Of a stretch of DNA of 38,716 nt, positions 27,902 to 36,526 are shown piece after piece. Numbering within the stretch: position 1 is the first letter of the stretch; each line of letters opens with the position of its first letter. A program made the position numbers and the translations under genes. Under the pieces are notes generated by a model. It saw only the letters and a list, made by a program, of their open reading frames with translations. It was not told the DNA's origin and did not search any database. Where the stretch lies: positions 1-38,716 of the forward strand of contig JAUVJU010000003.1 in NCBI GenBank assembly GCA_030592285.1. The letters are read 5' to 3'. This stretch comes from a candidate division WOR-3 bacterium. GTDB taxonomy: Bacteria; Hydrothermota; 32-111.

Positions 27902-28074
27902 TTAGGTCGGGGGTTGACATTTTGACAGAATTATTAGTAATATATTGCACTTTTTCTATTAAAATATTAAATAAAACACTATATATTGACAAACAACACA
28001 TTGTTGTATACAATAAAGGCACATCAAGGGCTGCAAAAAGCTGTAAAAATGTCAAAAAGTCAACCCCCGGCTAG
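27902..28074. mobile_element. Non-autonomous inverted-repeat element (MITE/REPIN-like), copy 2, with an internal promoter
   Basis: GTCGGGGGTTGACATTTTGACA ... TGTCAAAAAGTCAACCCCCGGC flanked by TAG/TAG; internal TTGACA-17-TACAAT at 27986-28014. Confidence 0.7.
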
Positions 28075-28150
28075 ATATCATATATTATTTATTTGTGATT
28101 TTTTATGTATTTGGTTGATTTAATATTGGTTTTATATTATTATATCTTTT

Positions 28151-29869
28151 ATGTTAATTAAATTTATACTTTCATATTACAGGAAAGCACCATTAAGAAT
28201 GGTATTGGGATTTTTGGCTCTTATAGCTGTTAATATTGCTCAGCTGGTTTCCCCAAGAATTGTAAAAAATGCAATTGATTATACTATAATGCCTACACAG
28301 GGAGCTAATCGTTTACTCTATCTTATGCTTGCATTATTTGGACTTGCTCTTAGCATAGGGATATTTAGATATATGTGGAGAATGATAATTATTGGTATGG
28401 CTCATTTTATTGAAATGGATTTCAAGAATAGATTATTCAATCATTTATTAATACTATCAAATAAATTTTTCCATAATGTTAAAACAGGTGATATTATGGC
28501 ACATATGACCAATGATATGCGTGCCGTAAGAATGTCAACGGCATTTGGTATAATTGCCGGTTTTGATGCTATATTCCTTTTTATAGCAACAATTATTTTT
28601 ATGCTTAATCTTAATGTGAAATTAACACTTTTTGCAATTATTCCATTGCCTTTAATATCAATAATTGCATTATTCTTTATGCGTATGCTGTTCAGCAAAT
28701 TTAAGGCAGTACAGGAAGGGTTCTCGGCAATGAGCGATAAGGCACAAGAAATGTTTTCAGGTATAAAAATAATTCAGGCATTTCAGCAGGAAGAAGCCGA
28801 ATCAAGAAATTTTGATAGAATAAGTAATGATTATCTTAATAAAAACATAACGCTTATAAAAATATGGGGAACAATGTTCCCAATGATATTTCTCCTTTCT
28901 CAGGTTGGAATTGCAATAATACTATTTGTTGGAGGTCAGCAGGTTATATTAAATGAGCTTACCCCAGGAGAACTTGTTGCCTTTATGTCATATATTGGAA
29001 TTATTGTCTGGCCCATGATGGCAGTGGGATTTGTAACAAACATCTTTCAAAGAGGAATTGCATCATTTAGAAGAATCAATACATTTCTTGAGGAGCAACC
29101 GGATATTAAAGATGAAAAATCAGCAGTTTATTCAAGTATAAATGGTGACATTGAATTAAGGAATCTTACTTTTTCCTATGAAAAGACATCTGTATTAGAT
29201 AATATAAATTTAAAAATAAATAAAGGTCAATATACAGGATTATGTGGGAAAATCGGGTCAGGCAAAAGCACAATTATAGATTTGATCATGCGTGTAGTGG
29301 AACCCCAGGATGGAGAAATACTCTTTGATGAGAAAAATTATAAGGACTTAAAAATTTCAGGAATAAGGGATTCTATTGGCTATGTACCACAGGATTCATT
29401 TTTATTTTCTGCAACAATAGAAGAAAACATTAGATTTGGTAAACCGGAAGCAAGCAATGAGGAAATCAGAGAAATGTGCAAAATTGCCTCTGTACATCAA
29501 AATATTATAGAATTAAAGGATAATTATAATACACTTGTTGGAGAAAAGGGAGTAGCTCTTTCAGGAGGACAGAAGCAACGCATATGTATTGCAAGGGCAA
29601 TAATAAGAAATCCAAAAATACTTATTCTTGATGATGCACTTAGTGCAGTGGATACCAATACTGAAAAAGAGATATTAACTAATCTAAAAAAATTCTCAGA
29701 AGATATAACTGTTATTGTTGTTTCACATAGAATATCCTCTTTTATCAATGCCGATATAATTTATGTTCTTGATAAAGGAAAGGTTGAGAACAAAGGTACA
29801 CATAAAGTTCTTGTTAAAAAATCCGAAATATATAAACATATTTACGAAATTCAGAAATTGGAAGCATAA
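28151..29869 (+). CDS. ABC exporter TMD-NBD subunit (MdlA-like)
   Basis: TGDIMAHMTND, GKIGSGKS, LSGGQKQR, degenerate Walker B ILDDA. Confidence 0.92.
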   Translation: MLIKFILSYYRKAPLRMVLGFLALIAVNIAQLVSPRIVKNAIDYTIMPTQGANRLLYLMLALFGLALSIGIFRYMWRMIIIGMAHFIEMDFKNRLFNHLLILSNKFFHNVKTGDIMAHMTNDMRAVRMSTAFGIIAGFDAIFLFIATIIFMLNLNVKLTLFAIIPLPLISIIALFFMRMLFSKFKAVQEGFSAMSDKAQEMFSGIKIIQAFQQEEAESRNFDRISNDYLNKNITLIKIWGTMFPMIFLLSQVGIAIILFVGGQQVILNELTPGELVAFMSYIGIIVWPMMAVGFVTNIFQRGIASFRRINTFLEEQPDIKDEKSAVYSSINGDIELRNLTFSYEKTSVLDNINLKINKGQYTGLCGKIGSGKSTIIDLIMRVVEPQDGEILFDEKNYKDLKISGIRDSIGYVPQDSFLFSATIEENIRFGKPEASNEEIREMCKIASVHQNIIELKDNYNTLVGEKGVALSGGQKQRICIARAIIRNPKILILDDALSAVDTNTEKEILTNLKKFSEDITVIVVSHRISSFINADIIYVLDKGKVENKGTHKVLVKKSEIYKHIYEIQKLEA

Positions 29870-31920
29870 TGCAGGAAGAAAAACAATACTCTACAGCAGA
29901 CAAAACAATATTAATTAAATTATGGAAATACGGAAAACCATACTATAAACAGATATTAGTGACTTTTGTTTTGCTTCTTTTAATTAGTGGAATAGAAATA
30001 TCTTTACCCATAATCACTAAAACAGTAATAGATAGGTATATTGAAAGAAATCATGTAAAAATCCAATTAAACGAGGAAACAATCAGCCTTGCTAAAACAC
30101 ATTCTTTTTACAGTATTATTACTGATAATGCTCTTTTTCTTCCAAGCGTTGTAATCACAATTGATCAGAGAATTATGCTTGAAAAGAATGATTATTTATT
30201 TAATGGTAAATATATTCTTATTGAAACTAAATATGAAGATATAATTAATAAATATAATATTGAATTTACTAAATCCGATCAGGGTTTTTTCATAAGTTAT
30301 GATGATCTAAATAGCATTGATAAAAAGGATATAAGAATTATAAGGTATTCTGATTTAATGAATATCAGGCATTTAGCTTTACTGTATCTTGCTCTTCTTC
30401 TTGTTTCATTTGTTTTTACATATTTCCAGGTTATTTTGATGGCTCTTGTTAGTGAAAATATAATGTATGATATTAGAAGTGCCGTAATGAGGTCATTATT
30501 AAATCTATCAATGAACTATTATAGAAAAAACCCAATAGGGCGTCTTGTAACAAGGTCGACAAATGATGTTGATGCATTAAGAGAACTTTTAACTGATGTG
30601 TTTATATATTCTGCAAAGGATGTTATTGTAATAATTGGAATTTTTATTGTTATGTTCAAATTATCACCGCAATTGGCTTTAATAATGATGGCATTAATTC
30701 CTATTATTGGTATAATGCTTTTTCTATTTCAGAGATTTGCAAGGGATGCATATAGAAAGGTGCGAATCACATTAGCAAAGGTAAATAGTTTTTTATCAGA
30801 AGCAATAACAGGGATTTCATTAATTCAGGTTTTTAATCAGCAGAAAAAATCTAAAACGGATTTTACAAAAACAAGCACTGATTATTATAAAGCAAATATG
30901 CATCAATTGCTGGTCTTCTCTATATTTAGACCTTTAATTGATGTTCTTGCTATGATCACACTTGGAATACTTATCTATTTTGGAGGAATGAGTGTATTAA
31001 AAGGTGCCTTATCAATAGGAGTCCTTATTGCCTTTATATCGTATATACATATGTTGTTTAGACCAATTTTTGATTTTTCAGAAAAATACAATATTTTTCA
31101 ATCGGCAATGGCTTCTTCTGAAAGAATTCTTATGATCCTTGATGAAAAGGATAAAATAGAAAATCCGATTAAACCCATCTTACCATCAAAAGAGAAAGGA
31201 AAGGTTGAATTCAGAAATGTTACCTTTGAATATAAAAAGGATGAGCCCGTTTTAAAGAATGTATCATTTATAATAAAACCCAATGAATCTGTTGCATTTA
31301 TTGGAGCAACTGGTGCAGGGAAAACAACAATAATTAATCTTTTAATGAGATTTTATGATATTAAAAAAGGTGAAATTTTCGTAGACAATGTAAATATTAA
31401 AGATATGAGCGTAAAATATTTGCGTAGTTATTTCGGACTTGTTTTACAGGATGTATTTATGTTTTCCGGAGATATTAAATACAATATTGCTTTAAATAAG
31501 GAAATAGAAGAAGAAAAGATCATTGAATATTCAAAATATGTTAATGCACATGCATTTATATCCAAATTGGAAAATCAATATAGGAACACTGTTTCAGAAA
31601 ACGGGAAAAATCTTTCAACAGGACAAAGACAGCTGATTGCTTTTGCAAGGGCATTAACAAAGGAACCCAAAATACTGATTCTTGATGAGGCAACAAGCAG
31701 TATTGATAGTGAAACAGAAAATCTTATTCAGGATGCTATTTCAAAAATAATGCATAATAGAACAAGTATTGCCATTGCTCATCGTTTATCGACAATTCAG
31801 GATGCGGATAGAATATATGTACTACATAAAGGTGAAATTGTTGAAAGCGGGAATCATTCTAACCTTCTTAAAAAGAAAGGAAAATATTTTGAATTGTATA
31901 AATTTCAGTATATTGAATAG
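29869..31920 (+). CDS. ABC exporter TMD-NBD subunit (MdlB-like) with a large extracytoplasmic loop
   Basis: GRLVTRSTND, GATGAGKT, LSTGQRQ, ILDEAT, AHRLST; about 100 residues inserted after TM1. Confidence 0.92.
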   Translation: MQEEKQYSTADKTILIKLWKYGKPYYKQILVTFVLLLLISGIEISLPIITKTVIDRYIERNHVKIQLNEETISLAKTHSFYSIITDNALFLPSVVITIDQRIMLEKNDYLFNGKYILIETKYEDIINKYNIEFTKSDQGFFISYDDLNSIDKKDIRIIRYSDLMNIRHLALLYLALLLVSFVFTYFQVILMALVSENIMYDIRSAVMRSLLNLSMNYYRKNPIGRLVTRSTNDVDALRELLTDVFIYSAKDVIVIIGIFIVMFKLSPQLALIMMALIPIIGIMLFLFQRFARDAYRKVRITLAKVNSFLSEAITGISLIQVFNQQKKSKTDFTKTSTDYYKANMHQLLVFSIFRPLIDVLAMITLGILIYFGGMSVLKGALSIGVLIAFISYIHMLFRPIFDFSEKYNIFQSAMASSERILMILDEKDKIENPIKPILPSKEKGKVEFRNVTFEYKKDEPVLKNVSFIIKPNESVAFIGATGAGKTTIINLLMRFYDIKKGEIFVDNVNIKDMSVKYLRSYFGLVLQDVFMFSGDIKYNIALNKEIEEEKIIEYSKYVNAHAFISKLENQYRNTVSENGKNLSTGQRQLIAFARALTKEPKILILDEATSSIDSETENLIQDAISKIMHNRTSIAIAHRLSTIQDADRIYVLHKGEIVESGNHSNLLKKKGKYFELYKFQYIE

Positions 31921-31931
31921 GAGTTAATAAA

Positions 31932-34265
31932 ATGAAAAAGAATATTGTTTTATTGTTCTTGATAATAATGTGTATAAATATTATATCAAAGGAAGTGATT
32001 CGTATTAAATGGAATGATTTTGAATTTGTTAATAAAGTATTAAAGGAAACAGACATTGCAGGACAGAAGAGATTTCACTTTGTTGATATTGTTGCCGATG
32101 AGGGGCAGATAAATACACTTATCTCACATGGAATAGCATTTGAAAAGGTTACAAGGCCATCGGCAAAAGCAAGCTTTTTATCATTGGACAGCATATATAA
32201 TTGGATGGACAATCTCCACTCTGCATATCCATTAATAACAGATATTGATACAATTGGATATACAAATGTTTACGGATATCCTTTAAAGATATTAAAGATC
32301 AATGGGGCAAATCCCTTAGTGCAGGAAGCCAATCAAAATGGATTTCTTTTAATGGGTTGTCATCATGCCCGTGAATGGCAAACAGCATCCCTTCCAATGT
32401 TTTGGGCTGATTCCATTCTAAATACTTATGCAAGCGATTTGCAGATACAGGATCTTATTGATAGTACATTTATTATTGTTTTTCCTGTTGTTAATCCGGA
32501 TGGATACTATTATTCAATAGAGTTTGATGACAATTGGCGAAAAAACAGAACTCTAAGAAATTCAGTTTATGGTGTTGATCTAAACAGAAATTATCCCGGA
32601 TCTTGTTTTGGTGAACCATTAGCTGATTGGGGTTTTATTGCCAATTCAGCCACAACACATTATCCTTCTTCATATGTTTATTGTGGACCATATCCAGCAA
32701 GCGAGATTGAAGTTAGAGCAGTACAAGATCTGATAAAGACCTATAATTTCAAGATCACTATTTCATTACATTCATATGCAGAAGCAATTATATGGCCCTG
32801 GGGTTCCGTTTTATATGGTGCTCCCGATTCACTGCTTCTTGAGTATGTTGGAACCAATATGGCAAATCGTATGCGTAAACAGGATGGTGTAAGCGTGTAC
32901 GATGCATATCAATCCGTAGGGTTGTATCCAACAAGCGGTGATAGTGATGACTGGATCTATGGTTATGCAAAATTTATTTTAGGCAAAACAATCTTACCAT
33001 TTACTTATGAAGTTGATGTTTCCTTTAATAATGCCACTCCTATTCAATTAGATTCACTTTATAGAAGGGTATATCCAGGCATACTATATGGGGCATTTTA
33101 CACGGATTCATTAAGTGGAACAGCAATAGATGTTCCATTAGAACCATTATTAAGTTTCAGCACAGATACTTTAAAGTGGAGTACGGAAAATGGTGAGAAT
33201 GCATCTTCTTTTGATGTTTATACATATAAAAATCCATTTACTATTTGTGATTCAATGAACAATATTCTGCTTTTTAATAGTGATAATTTTGAAAAAGTTT
33301 TTTTATCCGGTGCAACAAATGATACTATTTATCATGCTATAGATATTGCTTCAGGAACTGGTATTCTGCAAAGTATTCACAAATTTTTACCAAATAGTAC
33401 GGATTCAATTAAAGTAAAGGTAGACTATGATCTTGAATTTAATTATGATAAGGCATTTATTGAAGTTAGTGAGAATAATCTTGAATATACAATTATTGAT
33501 ACTATTAATGGAATATTAAATGGTTCTTCTTCCGGATGGGAGGAATTATCTTTTTCCCTTAATGAATATGCTGGAAAAGAAATCTTTATTAGGATTAGAA
33601 CCATTTATGATGGGAACACTTTTGGCAGTGGTTTATATATTGATGACATAGAACCCATACAGGTTTTTGATACATTTTTTGTTTTAGTGGATGACATTAC
33701 AGATTCAATGCTTTTGATAGAAGCAATATATGATAATAATTATTTTGCAGTTATTCCGAATATTTTTAATAGACAAACATGGCTTTCCGATAGAGAGCAG
33801 TATGCTTTAACTGCAATAAATGAAAATTATATTTCCTGCGTTATTGAAAAGGGGTTTATAAAATTAAAATTTAAAACAACAAGTATGGAAAACACATTTG
33901 TTATTTATAAAAAAATAAATAATAAATATGAAAAAGTTGCCTGTGTTTCAGACAATGAATGGATTGATAAAAATCCTATAAATGGAAAAAATGAATATCA
34001 GGTGAAGTTTTTCCAATCGGATAATTATGTAGAGGAAAAACATATTCAAATATTCTATTCAGATATTTCAGAAATATTATCATTAAATAATTCATTTTTA
34101 ACAATGGACCTATTAAACAATAAACTTGAAAAACTCCGCACTAATTACAGAATAGATATATATGATAAATCAGGAAGAAGCATAGAATATGTTAAATCAC
34201 CGGGTATATATTTTCTTAAAGAAAAGGAATCGGATATTAAATATAAGATAATGATAATGGAATAG
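31932..34265 (+). CDS. Secreted M14 zinc carboxypeptidase (carboxypeptidase T-like) with a beta-sandwich domain and putative T9SS-like C-terminal domain
   Basis: Signal peptide; HARE, NPDG, WRKNR, GVDLNRN, LHSY; YDLE..YD..GLYIDDI domain; tail IYDKSGR..PGIYFL. Confidence 0.88.
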   Translation: MKKNIVLLFLIIMCINIISKEVIRIKWNDFEFVNKVLKETDIAGQKRFHFVDIVADEGQINTLISHGIAFEKVTRPSAKASFLSLDSIYNWMDNLHSAYPLITDIDTIGYTNVYGYPLKILKINGANPLVQEANQNGFLLMGCHHAREWQTASLPMFWADSILNTYASDLQIQDLIDSTFIIVFPVVNPDGYYYSIEFDDNWRKNRTLRNSVYGVDLNRNYPGSCFGEPLADWGFIANSATTHYPSSYVYCGPYPASEIEVRAVQDLIKTYNFKITISLHSYAEAIIWPWGSVLYGAPDSLLLEYVGTNMANRMRKQDGVSVYDAYQSVGLYPTSGDSDDWIYGYAKFILGKTILPFTYEVDVSFNNATPIQLDSLYRRVYPGILYGAFYTDSLSGTAIDVPLEPLLSFSTDTLKWSTENGENASSFDVYTYKNPFTICDSMNNILLFNSDNFEKVFLSGATNDTIYHAIDIASGTGILQSIHKFLPNSTDSIKVKVDYDLEFNYDKAFIEVSENNLEYTIIDTINGILNGSSSGWEELSFSLNEYAGKEIFIRIRTIYDGNTFGSGLYIDDIEPIQVFDTFFVLVDDITDSMLLIEAIYDNNYFAVIPNIFNRQTWLSDREQYALTAINENYISCVIEKGFIKLKFKTTSMENTFVIYKKINNKYEKVACVSDNEWIDKNPINGKNEYQVKFFQSDNYVEEKHIQIFYSDISEILSLNNSFLTMDLLNNKLEKLRTNYRIDIYDKSGRSIEYVKSPGIYFLKEKESDIKYKIMIME

Positions 34266-34314
34266 AAATGAAAACAAATTTGCTGTTTATAGTAATGTAA
34301 GAGAGGTTCGAATC

Positions 34315-35187
34315 ATGATAAACATTCAATTACTTAAAAACATACAAAGAATCACCATAACAGCTCTTTTTGCGGACGATGAATTGATGAATCAATTGGT
34401 TCTAAAAGGGGGAAGTGCCATAAGTTTAATCTATGGTTTATCGAATAGAGCTTCTGTTGATTTGGATTTTTCAATGGAATTAGATTTTGACCAATTATAT
34501 TTAGATCAAATCGAAAATAAAATTGAGATGCTTTTGAAAAAAGAGTTTAAAAGGAACAATTATACAATCTTTGATTTTAAATTTGATGCAAAACCTAAAA
34601 ACAACAATGATCCAAATTGGGGTGGCTATAAAATTGAATTTAAATTGATTGAAACAGATAAATATAATGAAAATAATTTAAATAAAGCAAGGCGTGAATC
34701 AATACCCCTTGATGATGAGTTTCATAAGAAATTTACTATTGATATTAGTAAATATGAATATACTCATGAAAAAACAGAGAAGGAAATTGATGGATATATA
34801 ATTTATGTTTATACAATAGATTTAATTATTATTGAAAAAATCCGTGCAATTTGTCAGCAAAATCCTGAATATAAAAAAATAATCAAATCTGCTACTACAA
34901 GACCAAGATCAAAGGATTTTTATGATATTTATATATTACTAAAGGACAAAAATTCAGGTGAATTTATTGATAAAATCAAAGATACTATAAAAATTGTATT
35001 CAAACAGAAGAAGGTACCATTGGAATACTTGATGCAGATAAGTAACCAAAAGAATATACATAAAGCAGACTTTGCATCATTGCGGGACACTTTACCTGTT
35101 AAAGAAAAACTGGAAGAATTTAATGTATATTTTGCATTTATTGTAGAATTGTGCAGAAATATTTATAAATCAATATTTCCAGGATAA
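34315..35187 (+). CDS. AbiEii/AbiGii-family nucleotidyltransferase (type IV TA toxin-like)
   Basis: LVLKGGSAI, RASVDLDFS, EKIRA, RSKDFYDIY. Confidence 0.88.
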   Translation: MINIQLLKNIQRITITALFADDELMNQLVLKGGSAISLIYGLSNRASVDLDFSMELDFDQLYLDQIENKIEMLLKKEFKRNNYTIFDFKFDAKPKNNNDPNWGGYKIEFKLIETDKYNENNLNKARRESIPLDDEFHKKFTIDISKYEYTHEKTEKEIDGYIIYVYTIDLIIIEKIRAICQQNPEYKKIIKSATTRPRSKDFYDIYILLKDKNSGEFIDKIKDTIKIVFKQKKVPLEYLMQISNQKNIHKADFASLRDTLPVKEKLEEFNVYFAFIVELCRNIYKSIFPG

Positions 35188-36047
35188 TAAACATTCCATT
35201 CCTTATCAAATTTTAGATTTGATAATTTGTGACCAAGATAAAATTTTATTTTAAATGGATTTTTCTTTAATAAGGATAATTGCTGATTTGAATAAACACC
35301 GGATTTTGATAAATAAAAACCGATTGATTGAATATATGGATAAACGAAATCCATCTGTTTAAGATATGCCTGAATCCTATTAAGAGAAATTTTTCCTTTT
35401 ACATTATAATATGCATTCAGAACTTCAGAAATTCCACCAGCATATTCGGGTCTTACTGCTATGTCAATTAAGGTTCTTTCAATATCAGTAATAGAAATTG
35501 ATTCATCATCAAAATTTATTGATATAACCCCTAAATTGTTATGGTTTTTACCATTGAGAATGCAAACTCTATAATTATTCATTTTACAGATATTGTTTGA
35601 TAAACGCTGTGGTCTTAAGAATGCCATATCCACCTTCTCTTGTGATAAAATAGCATTATTAGGGGATCTGGGTTTTGGTGATTGTTCAATATTCAAATAA
35701 TATGTTTTTGGTATTTGATCTGTCAAATTGTGTATAAACATAGCAGAATAATGAGAAAAGTATGAATTTGGTTTTATTGATAAAAGAGTTTTATTCAAAG
35801 AGCCATCTCTCCAAATATAGAGAGATTTGCTGAAAGAGGGGAATTGGAATTTAAGAGACTTAAGAAAAGTATTTTCTTCAAGTAAAGAAATGAATTTTTT
35901 TGTACTAGTATTTTGTGGCAATCTCCAAAAATCAATATTGTTTGAAAGGATTTCGGATATATCTGAATAAGAAAAGACATTATTTTCTAATGAATCAAAT
36001 AATTTAATAATATCCTTTTTGGCTATTTGAAATCTTGTTTGTTTCAC
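35163..36047 (-). CDS. AbiEi-family antitoxin/transcriptional regulator-like protein
   Basis: YFSHYSAMFIHNLTDQIP, ITDIERTLIDIAVRPEYAGG, IGFYL, WNVY. GTG start at 36047 with AGGAG SD; the longer ORF-track start runs through the promoter. Confidence 0.8.
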   Translation of the reverse strand: MKQTRFQIAKKDIIKLFDSLENNVFSYSDISEILSNNIDFWRLPQNTSTKKFISLLEENTFLKSLKFQFPSFSKSLYIWRDGSLNKTLLSIKPNSYFSHYSAMFIHNLTDQIPKTYYLNIEQSPKPRSPNNAILSQEKVDMAFLRPQRLSNNICKMNNYRVCILNGKNHNNLGVISINFDDESISITDIERTLIDIAVRPEYAGGISEVLNAYYNVKGKISLNRIQAYLKQMDFVYPYIQSIGFYLSKSGVYSNQQLSLLKKNPFKIKFYLGHKLSNLKFDKEWNVYYPGNIDL

Positions 36048-36093
36048 AAATTCTCCTAATAAAATCCAAATACTATATATATCTCCTTGAATA

Positions 36094-36121
36094 ATAATAA
36101 CATAAATAAATAATTTGTCAA
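36094..36121 (-). promoter_or_regulatory. Sigma70 promoter of the abiEi-like gene
   Basis: Minus strand TTGACA-16-TATTAT with TGn extension. Confidence 0.65.
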
Positions 36122-36123
36122 TA

Positions 36124-36374
36124 GTTATCCTCATTAGTATATATACTAATGAGGAAATAACCATATAGTATTAAAGAATACATAAGTTGATATAAATGGA
36201 AACTTATAAGGGATATCAACAAAAATACATATTATATTATATAGTATATATACTATATAATACAATGTATATTTTCCATATTTATACATATAAGTTACTT
36301 TTATATTGGAACTTATATATGTTTTTAATGCAAATTAGGTTATGATATATAGTATACATACTATATATCATGAC
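36124..36374. repeat. Array of alternating palindromes at about 108-bp period
   Basis: Type A, core TAGTATA(T/C)ATACTA: 36128-36155, 36235-36262, 36342-36371. Type B, ATAAGTT-N12/13-AACTTAT: 36182-36207, 36290-36316. Confidence 0.85.
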
Positions 36375-36526
36375 TCATGTAGCAAACAATTATATATATG
36401 TAAATTTATTAATTACAGAATAAATTAAATACTAAGAACAAATATCAGTTATTAATCAAGAAAACAACGAAAAAGTTGATGATAATAATAGACAAATGGC
36501 ATAAAAAGTGCTATAATAGCGGACTT

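Noticed and set aside
27976-27991. ACACTATATATTGACA resembles an NrdR box; a similar CTACTATATATAGAC is at 15911
   Set aside because: Single rather than tandem sites, no ribonucleotide reductase genes nearby, and both lie inside the repeated element. The resemblance to the 36-kb half-site could be chance in AT-rich DNA.
34305-34314. GGTTCGAATC, matching a tRNA T-loop, just before the abiEii-like start
   Set aside because: No T-stem closure, acceptor stem or CCA, and it overlaps the SD. A 10-mer is too little to call a tRNA remnant or att site.
36048-36164. 39-residue N-terminal extension of the abiEi-like ORF
   Set aside because: It spans the promoter and first palindrome; GTG 36047 has a good SD.
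36124-36374. Palindrome array as a CRISPR array or integron attC sites
   Set aside because: Repeat identity is limited to 14-bp and 7+7-bp cores, the period is too long for CRISPR, and there are no RYYYAAC/GTTRRRY-bounded cassettes, integrase or cas genes.
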